The position numbers and the translations under genes are program-made. Shown here piece after piece: positions 37,824-47,239 of a stretch of 64,000 bases of DNA. The notes under the pieces were generated by a model. The model was not told the DNA's origin. It was given only the letters and a program-made list of their open reading frames with translations, and ran no database searches. Source of the stretch: an uncultured Clostridia bacterium. Lineage in GTDB: Bacteria; Bacillota; Clostridia; Oscillospirales; CAG-272. The stretch lies in assembly GCA_944381075.1 (NCBI GenBank), contig CALWJT010000005.1:65253-129252 (forward strand). The letters run 5' to 3'. Numbering within the stretch: the first letter of the stretch is position 1; each line of letters opens with the position of its first letter.

Positions 37824-37826
37824 AAC

Positions 37827-38798
37827 ATGAAAAGAATCATTGCGATCCTGCTTGCGCTGTGCCTTTGCGCTATGCTTTTCGCCTGTGGGAAGACGGAGGG
37901 CGAGGACGTTACCGTCCGTGTCGTCGCGCTGAAGGGGCCGACCGGAATGGGAATGGTACAGCTGATGAGCAAGGATGCGGACGGTACCGCCGCGAACGAT
38001 TATGAGTTCACGCTTGCCTCCTCTCCCGAGGAAGCGCAGGCAGCGATTGCGAATGTCGATATCGCAGCCCTGCCCGTCAATCTTGCGGCGGCGCTCTACA
38101 ACAAGGGCGAGGATATCAGCTTTGCTGCGATCAACACGCTCGGCGTGCTCTCCATTCTGGAAAACGGGAATACGATAGAGAGCATCGCCGACCTGAAGGG
38201 CAAAACGATTTATGCGACAGGACAGGGCTCCACGCCGGAATATATCCTCAATTACCTGCTGGAAAAGAACGGGATCGATCCCGAGACGGACGTCACCATC
38301 GAGTATCTGACGGAGCATACGGAGCTTGCGACAAAGCTGGCGTCCGGCGATGCGGCGATCGGCCTTCTGCCGGAGCCGAACGTCACAGTGGCGCTGACAA
38401 GCGCCGCTGCGAACGGCAATACGGACCTTCGCATCGCGCTGGATGTGACGGAGGAATGGTCGAAGCTCGGTGAGGGAGAGCTTGTACAGGGCTGCATTGT
38501 GGTATCCAATAAATTCAAGACCGAGCATCCCGAACAGTACGAGGCGTTTCTGGAGGAATACAAGGCGTCGGTAGAGTATGTCAATACCGACATCGAGGCG
38601 GCCGCCGCGGATATCGCGGAGTTTGGCATCGTGCCGAAGGCGGAGGTAGCGAAAAAGGCGATCCCGAACTGCAACATCTGCTGTTATGACGGGAAAGAGG
38701 GGACCGACTACATGAAGGCGATGCTGACGGTCCTCTATGAGGCGAATCCGAAGTCCGTCGGCGGCAAGATGCCCGACGATGCGTTCTATGGGGAATAA
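37827..38798 (+). CDS. ABC transporter substrate-binding lipoprotein (NitT/TauT/NMT1-like)
   Basis: Lipobox LFACG. The periplasmic-binding-fold pattern and the adjacent permease and ATPase genes support the call. Confidence 0.75.
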   Translation: MKRIIAILLALCLCAMLFACGKTEGEDVTVRVVALKGPTGMGMVQLMSKDADGTAANDYEFTLASSPEEAQAAIANVDIAALPVNLAAALYNKGEDISFAAINTLGVLSILENGNTIESIADLKGKTIYATGQGSTPEYILNYLLEKNGIDPETDVTIEYLTEHTELATKLASGDAAIGLLPEPNVTVALTSAAANGNTDLRIALDVTEEWSKLGEGELVQGCIVVSNKFKTEHPEQYEAFLEEYKASVEYVNTDIEAAAADIAEFGIVPKAEVAKKAIPNCNICCYDGKEGTDYMKAMLTVLYEANPKSVGGKMPDDAFYGE

Positions 38799-39561
38799 GC
38801 TGCCGGCTCGGATCCTCAGAGGCATCCTTTGCCTTGCATTTTGGATTTTTGTGTGGCAGCTTCTGGCGCTCGCCGTAAGACGGGCGCTGGTCCTGCCGAC
38901 GCCGCTCGCCGTGGCGAAGACGCTCCTTGCGCTGCTGGGGGAGGGCGAGTTTTATCTCGTTTGCCTTTGGTCGCTCGGACGCATTTTCGCGGGACTTCTG
39001 ATCGGCCTGCTTGCCGGCGTCCTGCTTGCGGCGTGCTGCGCGGCAAGCAGACTGGCGGACGCCTTGGTATCGCCTGTGATTTCCGTGATCAAAGCGACCC
39101 CCATCGCTTCCGTGATCATCCTGATGCTGTACGTCATCGGGAAAAGCGCGGTGCCGATGGTCGCCACGCTTCTCATGGTGATCCCTATCGTATTTATGAA
39201 CGTGCGCCGCGGCATCGGGGCGGTTCCGGAGTCCATGCGCGAGGTCGCCGCGGTCTACGGCTTCGGGCGGGGCAGGCGCATGCGTTATCTGATTCTGCCG
39301 TCCGTGCTTCCGTATTTTGCCGCGGCCTGCCGTTCGGCGCTGGGCCTTGCATGGAAGGCGGGCATCGCCGCGGAGGTCATCTGCACGCCGGCGCTTTCTA
39401 TCGGAAATGCGCTTCATGACGCGAAGATCTATTTGGAGTCCGAGGCGCTCTACGCATGGACCATCGTGGTGGTGCTGCTCAGCGTGCTGATCGAAAAGGG
39501 CGTCGTTCTGCTGCTGTCCCACCTGTCGGAAAAGGGAGGTGTCAGCGTTGCTGAAGCTTGA
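38788..39561 (+). CDS. ABC transporter permease (NitT/TauT family)
   Basis: 6 TM helices. ATG at 38788 overlaps the binding-protein stop. Confidence 0.8.
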   Translation: MGNKLPARILRGILCLAFWIFVWQLLALAVRRALVLPTPLAVAKTLLALLGEGEFYLVCLWSLGRIFAGLLIGLLAGVLLAACCAASRLADALVSPVISVIKATPIASVIILMLYVIGKSAVPMVATLLMVIPIVFMNVRRGIGAVPESMREVAAVYGFGRGRRMRYLILPSVLPYFAAACRSALGLAWKAGIAAEVICTPALSIGNALHDAKIYLESEALYAWTIVVVLLSVLIEKGVVLLLSHLSEKGGVSVAEA

Positions 39562-40144
39562 GCATATTGAAAAATCCTTCGGGGAAAAGCGCGTCCTCTC
39601 GGATGTTTCGCTTTGGGTCCCGGATGGGACGGCGGCGTCTCTTTCCGGCATGTCCGGCAGCGGCAAGACCACGCTTCTGCGTATCGCGGCGGGCCTTGCG
39701 CGTCCGGATGCCGGCTCGGTGCGGGCGGACGGCCGGACGGCCGTCGTCTTCGCGGAGCCGCGCCTTTTCGACGGCGTGAGCGTTTTGGAAAATGTGACCT
39801 GCGTGATGTCCGGCACGAAAAAGGAGAACGAAAAACGGGCGGAAGCGCTGCTGGACGCCCTGGAGCTTGCGGGCACGGCGCGTCTTCGCCCGCGGGAGCT
39901 TTCCACCGGAATGGCGGCGAGGGTTTCTCTTGCGAGGGCCCTTGCCTATGAGGCGGACCTCTATCTGCTGGACGAGCCGTTCAAAAGCCTGGACGAGACG
40001 CTCAAAAGGCGGGTCATGGCATATCTTTCATCCTGTTTTCAAGGAAAAACGGTGCTGTTCATCACGCATGAAGCATCGGAGCAGGCGTTTCTCTCTGCCC
40101 GCCGGTTCCATCTCTCGGACGGCGTGCTCTCGGAGCTTTCCTGA
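39548..40144 (+). CDS. ABC transporter ATP-binding protein
   Basis: Walker A GMSGSGKTT, signature LSTGMAAR, Walker B LYLLDEPF. TTG at 39548 lies 8 nt after AAAGGGAGG. The alternative is GTG at 39539. Confidence 0.85.
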   Translation: MLKLEHIEKSFGEKRVLSDVSLWVPDGTAASLSGMSGSGKTTLLRIAAGLARPDAGSVRADGRTAVVFAEPRLFDGVSVLENVTCVMSGTKKENEKRAEALLDALELAGTARLRPRELSTGMAARVSLARALAYEADLYLLDEPFKSLDETLKRRVMAYLSSCFQGKTVLFITHEASEQAFLSARRFHLSDGVLSELS

Positions 40145-40159
40145 AAAAAGAAAATGGGG

Positions 40160-40188
40160 AAAACCGCATGTTCTATGCGGTTTTTTTG
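40160..40188 (+). terminator. Rho-independent terminator
   Basis: AAACCGCAT-gttct-ATGCGGTTT followed by a T-run. Confidence 0.85.
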
Positions 40189-40251
40189 CGCCTTTTCGAC
40201 CGAAACATATTTGTCCGGGACAGTGAATATACTAAAGGCGGAGGTGATCGT

Positions 40252-40722
40252 ATGAAAATCCAATGGAAGACGCTTCTTATCTGCATCGCTGTTCCGCTTG
40301 CCGTGGGCGGACTGGCAGCGCTTTTCACGGGAGGCAGCATGTCTGTGTTTTCCGAGCTGGAAAAGCCTCCGCTCTCACCGCCGGGCTGGCTGTTTCCCGT
40401 GGTTTGGAGCATTCTGTATATCCTGATGGGCATCGCTTCCTATCTAATCCTGACCTCCGGCGCAGACAAGAGCAGGATAAGCGGCGCGCTTTGGGTGTAC
40501 GGCTTTCAGCTTTTTGTCAATTTCTTCTGGCCGATTCTGTTTTTCCGGCTTGGGATGTATGGCGTATCCTTCGTATGGCTGCTTTTCCTTTGGGTCTTGA
40601 TCCTTGTGACGTTTGTCCGCTTCTGGCGGATATCCGTTCCGGCTGCGTACCTTCTCATCCCCTATCTTGCCTGGGTCACGTTTGCCGGCTATTTAAATCT
40701 CGGCGTGGCGCTGTTAAACTAA
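40252..40722 (+). CDS. tspO: TspO/MBR family tryptophan-rich sensory protein
   Basis: 156 aa, 5 TM helices, with PPGWLFPVVWSILY and NFFWPILFF. Confidence 0.85.
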   Translation: MKIQWKTLLICIAVPLAVGGLAALFTGGSMSVFSELEKPPLSPPGWLFPVVWSILYILMGIASYLILTSGADKSRISGALWVYGFQLFVNFFWPILFFRLGMYGVSFVWLLFLWVLILVTFVRFWRISVPAAYLLIPYLAWVTFAGYLNLGVALLN

Positions 40723-40738
40723 GGCACAGGGACGCTTC

Positions 40739-40776
40739 GGGACATTTTCTTGGGATTTCAGAAAATGTCCCGTTTT
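40739..40776 (+). terminator. Rho-independent terminator
   Basis: GGGACATTTTC-11 nt-GAAAATGTCCC followed by GTTTT. Confidence 0.8.
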
Positions 40777-40829
40777 GACCTGCGGCCGAAAAGATTTTCC
40801 GGAAATACCGGATTTTCCATCGATTTTAC

Positions 40830-40858
40830 TTGCGTTTTGAAAAATTCTATTATATAAT
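40830..40858 (+). promoter_or_regulatory. Promoter TTGCGT-17-TATAAT of the glg operon
   Basis: Read directly, about 65 nt upstream of the GTG at 40922. Confidence 0.55.
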
Positions 40859-40921
40859 GAAAATAACAAAGCGAATTCAGACGGTTCCGGCGGATTTTGA
40901 TAGGAAACGGGGGCTTCGGCT

Positions 40922-42880
40922 GTGAAAAAACACGGATGCGGCGACGATTATGCGGCGTACCTCTTCTGCGAGGGCACCAACTTTTATGCGTATGACCTGC
41001 TCGGCGCGCACCTGACACGGCAGGGAGGCTCCTTTCTTTATACCTTCCGCGTATGGGCACCGAACGCCGCGGCGGTTTTCGTATGCGGCGATTTCAACGG
41101 CTGGGACGAAAGCCTTCCGATGGAAAAGGACGCGCAGTCCGGCATCTGGCGGGCGGTCCTTGACTCCCCTGTCTCTCTTTCCGGCGCGCGGTATAAATAT
41201 AAGGTGGTTTCCGCGAAGGGCGCGGTGCTCAAGGCGGACCCGTATGCAAGGGCCTCCGAGACGCGCTCGCATACGGCGTCCATCCTCACGGATGGGGAGG
41301 ATTTTCACTGGACGGATGAGGCATGGCAGGCAAAAAAGCGGTCTTTCTTTGCCGCAAAGGACCCGCGCCGTCCGCATTTCTACAGCGCGCCGATGAATAT
41401 CTATGAAGTGCATCTCGGCTCTTGGCGGACAAAAGAGGGCGCAGGTACGGCGGACGGGGCGCACGATATGAATTACAGGGAGCTTGCCGACGAACTCTCC
41501 CGCTATCTTTCGGACATGCACTATACGCATGTGGAGCTGCTGCCCATCATGGAGCATCCGTACGACGGCTCGTGGGGCTATCAGGTGTGCGGCTATTTCG
41601 CGCCGACCTCGCGCTTCGGCGCGCCGGAGGATTTCAAATATTTCGTCAACAAAATGCACGAGCTGGGGCTCGGTGTGATCCTCGACTGGGTGCCGGCGCA
41701 CTTTCCGAAGGACGAGCATGGTCTTTATGAATTTGACGGCTCCCTGCTTTATGAATATCAGGGACGCGACCGTATGGAAAGCCGCGGCTGGGGCACGCGC
41801 TATTTCGATGTGGGACGCCCGGAGGTGCAGTCGTTCCTCATCTCCTGCGCGCTCTTCTGGATGCGTGAATACCATGCGGACGGCCTGCGCACGGATGCGG
41901 TAGCGTCGATGCTGTACCTCGACTACGACAGGGAACCGGGGGAATGGATCCCCAACCAATATGGCGGCAATCAGAATCTGGAGGCCATTGCCTTTTTCAA
42001 GAAACTCAATACGGCGGTGTTCGCGGAATTCCCCGACGCGCTCATGATCGCGGAGGAATCGACGGCATGGCCGATGATCACAAAGCCGGTATGCGACGGC
42101 GGGCTCGGCTTCAACTTCAAATGGAACATGGGCTTTGCCAATGATATGTTTGAATATATGGCGGTCGACCCGATTTACCGGCAGTACTGCCACGGGAAGC
42201 TGACCTTCCCGATGATGTACGCGTTTTCCGAAAATTACATTCTTCCCGTGTCGCACGACGAGGTGGTGCACGGGAAAAAATCGCTTGTGGACAAGATGTT
42301 CGGGGACTATGACGAGAAGTTCGCCGCCATGCGCGTTTTTCTCACGTTTATGATGACGCATCCCGGAAAGAAGCTGCTTTTTATGGGGACGGAATTCGCG
42401 CAGTTCCGGGAATGGGACTATGAAAACGAATTAGAATGGTTTATGCTGAAGTATCCGCGCCATGTGGAGATGCAGCGGTGCGTGCGGCGTCTCAATGAGC
42501 TTTATCTTACCGAGCCGGCGCTTCATGAGATCGACGACGGCTGGGACGGCTTTGCCTGGATCGAGCCGAACGACAAGGCGCACAATGCGCTTTCCTACCG
42601 ACGGCGGTCGATTTCCGGCGAGGAGCTTGTCGTCGTGCTGAATTTTTCTCCTGTGAGATGGGAGAGCTATCCTGTTCGTGTGCCGATGCGAGGGGAATAC
42701 GAGGAGATTTTTACAACGGACGTTTACGAATTCGGCGGCTCCGGCCTTCAAAACGGCGTCCTCAAAACAAAGGAGCATAAGGAACAGGGGAAAATGAAAA
42801 GCGAGCTTGCCGTGACGCTGCCCTCCTATGGGGGGCTGATCTTCCGGCGTCGCGGGATAAAAAAGAGGAATCCAACATAG
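40922..42880 (+). CDS. glgB: 1,4-alpha-glucan branching enzyme
   Basis: GH13 motifs [15 protein letters not shown] and MIAEEST, plus an N-terminal CBM48-like region. Confidence 0.95.
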   Translation: MKKHGCGDDYAAYLFCEGTNFYAYDLLGAHLTRQGGSFLYTFRVWAPNAAAVFVCGDFNGWDESLPMEKDAQSGIWRAVLDSPVSLSGARYKYKVVSAKGAVLKADPYARASETRSHTASILTDGEDFHWTDEAWQAKKRSFFAAKDPRRPHFYSAPMNIYEVHLGSWRTKEGAGTADGAHDMNYRELADELSRYLSDMHYTHVELLPIMEHPYDGSWGYQVCGYFAPTSRFGAPEDFKYFVNKMHELGLGVILDWVPAHFPKDEHGLYEFDGSLLYEYQGRDRMESRGWGTRYFDVGRPEVQSFLISCALFWMREYHADGLRTDAVASMLYLDYDREPGEWIPNQYGGNQNLEAIAFFKKLNTAVFAEFPDALMIAEESTAWPMITKPVCDGGLGFNFKWNMGFANDMFEYMAVDPIYRQYCHGKLTFPMMYAFSENYILPVSHDEVVHGKKSLVDKMFGDYDEKFAAMRVFLTFMMTHPGKKLLFMGTEFAQFREWDYENELEWFMLKYPRHVEMQRCVRRLNELYLTEPALHEIDDGWDGFAWIEPNDKAHNALSYRRRSISGEELVVVLNFSPVRWESYPVRVPMRGEYEEIFTTDVYEFGGSGLQNGVLKTKEHKEQGKMKSELAVTLPSYGGLIFRRRGIKKRNPT

Positions 42881-42914
42881 GTATTTTATAGAACCGAAAG
42901 GCAGGGAATCTCTT

Positions 42915-44129
42915 ATGTTCAGGAAAAAGGAATGTATCGCCATGCTTCTTGCCGGCGGACAGGGCAGCCGCCTCTATACCCTTACCGAAAGGACGGCGAA
43001 GCCCGCCGTTCCGTTCGGCGGCAAGTACCGGATCATCGATTTCCCGATGTCGAACTGCGTCAACTCCGGCATCGATACCGTCGGGGTGCTGACCCAGTAT
43101 CAGCCGCTTGTGCTCAACGAATACATCGGCAACGGCGAGCCGTGGGATCTCGACCGCACGCACGGCGGCGTGACGGTGCTGCCTCCGTATCAGGGCAAGC
43201 GCGGCGCCGCATGGTACAAGGGGACCGCCAACGCGATCTATCAGAATTTGACCTTCATCGAGCGGTATGATCCGGACTATACCCTGATCCTTTCCGGCGA
43301 CCATATCTATAAGATGGATTACAGCCGCATGCTTGCCGAGCATAAGAAAAACGAGGCGGACTGTACGATCGCCGTCTTAGAGGTTCCCCTGAGTCAGGCG
43401 AGCCGCTTCGGCATTCTGAATACGGATGCGGACGGACGCATCACGGAATTTGAGGAAAAGCCGAAAAATCCGAAGAGCAACAAGGCCTCTATGGGGATCT
43501 ACATATTTACGACTTCAAAACTGAAGGAATTTTTGGAGGCGGACAACGAAGACCCCGAATCCTCCAACGATTTCGGCAAGAACGTCATCCCCGCGATGCT
43601 CGCGGCGGGCTGCCGCATGTATGCCTATACCTTTGAGGGCTATTGGAAGGACGTCGGGACGCTCACGAGCCTTTGGGAGGCAAACATGGACCTGCTCGGC
43701 AATCCTCCGAAATTTGACCTTTACGACAGGAAGTGGCGGATCTTCTATCGCCACAACGCCTATCCGCCCCATCGGATCGGCGCTTCGGCGCGCCTTTCCA
43801 ATTCGATGGTGACGGAGGGCTGCGTCATCGACGGGACGGTGGAAAATTCCATTCTTTCCAACGATGTGCATGTGGAGGCCGGCGCCGTCGTGCGCGACAG
43901 CGTCATCATGAGCGGCGTCACAATAAGGGCGGGCGCGCAGATTTCCTATTCCATCATCGACAGCGATACCGTCGTCGGGGAAAACGCCAGTCTCGGCGAC
44001 GCGCGCGAGGGCGGGAGCCTGCTTGTCCTCGCGTCGGGACTGTCGCTTCCGGCAGGAGCTGTGATTCATGGCGGCGAGCTTGTGGACAAAGACAATCTTG
44101 CGCGGTTTATCGGGAAGGAGGACACCTGA
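42915..44129 (+). CDS. glgC: Glucose-1-phosphate adenylyltransferase
   Basis: [35 protein letters not shown]. Confidence 0.95.
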   Translation: MFRKKECIAMLLAGGQGSRLYTLTERTAKPAVPFGGKYRIIDFPMSNCVNSGIDTVGVLTQYQPLVLNEYIGNGEPWDLDRTHGGVTVLPPYQGKRGAAWYKGTANAIYQNLTFIERYDPDYTLILSGDHIYKMDYSRMLAEHKKNEADCTIAVLEVPLSQASRFGILNTDADGRITEFEEKPKNPKSNKASMGIYIFTTSKLKEFLEADNEDPESSNDFGKNVIPAMLAAGCRMYAYTFEGYWKDVGTLTSLWEANMDLLGNPPKFDLYDRKWRIFYRHNAYPPHRIGASARLSNSMVTEGCVIDGTVENSILSNDVHVEAGAVVRDSVIMSGVTIRAGAQISYSIIDSDTVVGENASLGDAREGGSLLVLASGLSLPAGAVIHGGELVDKDNLARFIGKEDT

Positions 44130-44130
44130 C

Positions 44131-45264
44131 ATGTCGGTAGAAGGCATCATTTTCTCCAATATTCATGACAGCGACATTTCAGAGCTGACAAGGCAGCGCA
44201 CGCTGGCGTCGGTCCCGTTCGGATGTCGGTACAGGCTCATCGATTTTCCGCTGTCCAACATGGTAAACTCCAATATTTACAACATCAGCGTCATCACCCA
44301 TTACAATTATCATTCCCTCATGGACCATATCGGCTCCGGCAAGGACTGGGACCTCGCGCGCCGCTCGGGCGGCGTCAAGATCCTGCCGCCGTATATCACG
44401 GCATACGCCAACAATGCGAACAGCCTCTATCGCTCGCGGCTGGAGGCGCTCAAGAGCGTCAATTATTCTCTCGCGCAGATGAGCTCGGATTACGTCGTCA
44501 TGTCGGACTGCAACGTCATCTGCAATATCGATCTCAACGATATGATAAGCGATCATATTGAAAGCGGCGCGGACATTACCATCGCTGTCAAGTATATGCG
44601 CCTTTCCAGGACGGCAGCGAAAAATAACACGCTCGTATTTTCCGACGAGACAGGCAGGATCACCGATCTGCTTCCGTATCCGACCAATTTCGAGGGCTAT
44701 GCGGACGTCAATCTCAATATCCTTGTCATCGGACGAAAATATTTGCAGCAGCTGGTGCTGGACGCCATCGCGCACGGATACGGAAGCTTAACCCGCGACG
44801 TGCTGCTCCGTTCGCTCGGCTACCGCAACTTCCGCGTCTATCAGTACGACGGATATTTCGCCTGTATTTCTTCGTTCGAGGATTATTTTGCGAACAATAT
44901 GCAGCTGATCGAAAACACGGAGATGTTCGACTCGCTCTTCGGTGTGGAATCGAGGCCGATTTATACGAAGGTCCGCAATTCCGCGCCGACCTATTACAGC
45001 GACAGCTCAAGGGTGGAGAATTCTCTGATTGCGGACGGCTGCGTCATCGAGGGAACGGTGGAAAACAGCATCCTCTTCCGCGGCGTCAAGGTGGGACGCG
45101 GCTCGGTGGTGAAAAACAGCATCCTGTTCCAGGACACGTTCGTCGGAGAAAATGCGGCGCTCGGATACACGGTGTCCGACAAGAACGTCGTCATTCGTGA
45201 CGGCGTCGTCCTGTCCGGACATTCCACCCTCCCGCTCTATATCGAAAAGGGCCGCATGGTATAG
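44131..45264 (+). CDS. glgD: Glucose-1-phosphate adenylyltransferase, GlgD subunit
   Basis: GlgC paralog lacking the GGxGxRL loop (GIIFSNIHDSD..ASVPFGCRYRLIDF), immediately after glgC. Confidence 0.9.
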   Translation: MSVEGIIFSNIHDSDISELTRQRTLASVPFGCRYRLIDFPLSNMVNSNIYNISVITHYNYHSLMDHIGSGKDWDLARRSGGVKILPPYITAYANNANSLYRSRLEALKSVNYSLAQMSSDYVVMSDCNVICNIDLNDMISDHIESGADITIAVKYMRLSRTAAKNNTLVFSDETGRITDLLPYPTNFEGYADVNLNILVIGRKYLQQLVLDAIAHGYGSLTRDVLLRSLGYRNFRVYQYDGYFACISSFEDYFANNMQLIENTEMFDSLFGVESRPIYTKVRNSAPTYYSDSSRVENSLIADGCVIEGTVENSILFRGVKVGRGSVVKNSILFQDTFVGENAALGYTVSDKNVVIRDGVVLSGHSTLPLYIEKGRMV

Positions 45265-45770
45265 GCGCCCGCTCGGGAAAGGTCGATGCGGGACGAAAAA
45301 GAGCGGGTCCGCGGGCGGGCGGCGGGCCTGCCGTTTTGTCTGCTGCGGGACTGGGACCTGCGGCGGCTCTTTTCTTTGCTTTCCGGGGTCCGTGCCCGAA
45401 GAAATAGGCTTCGGTGCAGCTTTTGGCCCTGCCTTTGTATCCCCGCGCCGGTGCGGTCGCTGCAAGATGCTCCTTTGTTCGCCGCGGCGGAGCCTCTCAT
45501 TGCTGCCTTTGGCCTTTCCGCCGCGCGGACCTGCTGTCTTGGCGCTGGCGGTCGAGCGGGATATATTCCTTCTCCTGCCGGATGCGTCCCCGCTCCTTGG
45601 CGGGGAAAAGGGAAGACAGGCGGCGGATTTTCTCTTGTGCGCGGACTTTTTGCGCGCGTGCTTTGATGTTTGTGTTTGTCCCGGCTGTGTATCCGAGGGC
45701 GGATGCCGCAGACCGGCGCTCTTTGCCGATCGATAAGGCGGAGAAAATAAATCTGTAGGGAGGGTTGCCT

Positions 45771-47198
45771 GTGAAAAAGATTTTGTATGCCGGAAGCGAG
45801 ATCATGCCGTTCGCCGCGACAGGCGGGCTCGGCGATGTGATGGGCTCGCTGCCCGCGGCGGTAAAACGCAGAAATCCCGAGGACGATATCCGTGCGGTCA
45901 TGCCGCTTTATAGCAGGATACCGGAAAAATATCGGGAAAGGATGACCTTTCTCGGTCAGATGACGGTGCCGCTCGCGTGGCGGCGGCAGTACTGCGGGAT
46001 CTTCTCCTTAGAAAAGGACGGCGTGACGTACTATTTTCTCGACAATGAATATTATTTCAAGCGTGGGGCGCTTTACGGGGAATATGACGACGCCGAACGG
46101 TTCGCCTTTTTCTCCGTCGCGGTGCTGGAGCTGATGCGGGCGCAGAATTTCTATCCGGATATCCTGCATGCCAACGACTGGCAGACGGCGCTCTGCGTCA
46201 TCAAGCTGAAGCGCAGCTATGCGGGGATCCCGGAATATGCCGGGATCCGCGCGGTATATACCATCCACAATATCGAATATCAGGGTGTTTACGGAAAAGA
46301 GATCCTCGGCGACGTTTTCTCGCTTGAGGGAGAGGATGGCGAAATTGTCGATTACGGCGGCGCTATTAATCTGACTAAGGGCGCCGTCGTCTGCGCGGAC
46401 TTTATAACGACGGTCAGTCCGACCTACGCGAAGGAGATCCAGTCCGAGGAATATTCATGCGGGCTTCACTATATTTTGCGGCAGTACAGCTATAAGCTCG
46501 ACGGCATTGTCAACGGCATCGATACGGACTACTATGATCCGCAGACGGACGAGGAGCTGCCGTATCATTACAGCGCGAGGGGACTGCTCGGCAAGAAAAA
46601 AAACAAGGATGAGCTGCAAACCCGCTTCGGGCTTGCGCTTCGGCCTGATACGCCTATCATCGCTATGGTCTCCCGCCTCGCCTCTCACAAGGGCTTTGAT
46701 CTTGTGACGGCCGTATTCGACGAAATGATGCGGGACGATATCCAGTTCGTTCTGCTGGGAACAGGGGAGCGCGGCTTTGAGGATTTCTTCCGCCAGGCGG
46801 CGGCGCGGTATCCCGGCAGAGTCTGCGCCAACATCACCTATGACCGTGCGCTCTCCAAGCTCATATATGCCGGCGCGGATCTTTTCCTGATGCCGTCGAG
46901 AAGCGAGGCGTGCGGGCTTTCCCAAATGATCGCTTCGCGCTATGGAACGGTTCCGGTTGTGCGCGAAACGGGCGGGCTTTATGATACCATCAAGCCCTAC
47001 GGCCCGGACAGAAGCGGCAACGGCTTCACGTTTGCTTCCTATAATGCTCACGATATGCTGCATGTTATAAGAGAAGCGGAGGGGCTTTACCGCGATACGG
47101 AAAACTTTCGGGCGCTAGTGAAGAAAATCATGAAGATCGATTTTTCATGGAACGCTTCGGCGGAGAAATACGACGCGCTCTACCGGCGTCTTATCTGA
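45771..47198 (+). CDS. glgA: Glycogen synthase
   Basis: KKILYAGSEIMPFAATGGLGDV. GTG at 45771 follows GGGAGGG. The track start is TTG at 45765. Confidence 0.95.
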   Translation: MKKILYAGSEIMPFAATGGLGDVMGSLPAAVKRRNPEDDIRAVMPLYSRIPEKYRERMTFLGQMTVPLAWRRQYCGIFSLEKDGVTYYFLDNEYYFKRGALYGEYDDAERFAFFSVAVLELMRAQNFYPDILHANDWQTALCVIKLKRSYAGIPEYAGIRAVYTIHNIEYQGVYGKEILGDVFSLEGEDGEIVDYGGAINLTKGAVVCADFITTVSPTYAKEIQSEEYSCGLHYILRQYSYKLDGIVNGIDTDYYDPQTDEELPYHYSARGLLGKKKNKDELQTRFGLALRPDTPIIAMVSRLASHKGFDLVTAVFDEMMRDDIQFVLLGTGERGFEDFFRQAAARYPGRVCANITYDRALSKLIYAGADLFLMPSRSEACGLSQMIASRYGTVPVVRETGGLYDTIKPYGPDRSGNGFTFASYNAHDMLHVIREAEGLYRDTENFRALVKKIMKIDFSWNASAEKYDALYRRLI

Positions 47199-47239
47199 GG
47201 CTGCCGGTCCAAATCCAAAACCAAAGGAATGAAAGCAAT

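Noticed and set aside
45286-45666. 126-aa plus-strand ORF and overlapping ORFs inside the glgD-glgA gap.
   Set aside because: The translations are Arg/Cys/Leu-rich with no RBS and no family resemblance. The region is treated as non-coding or decayed and is reported as a finding instead.
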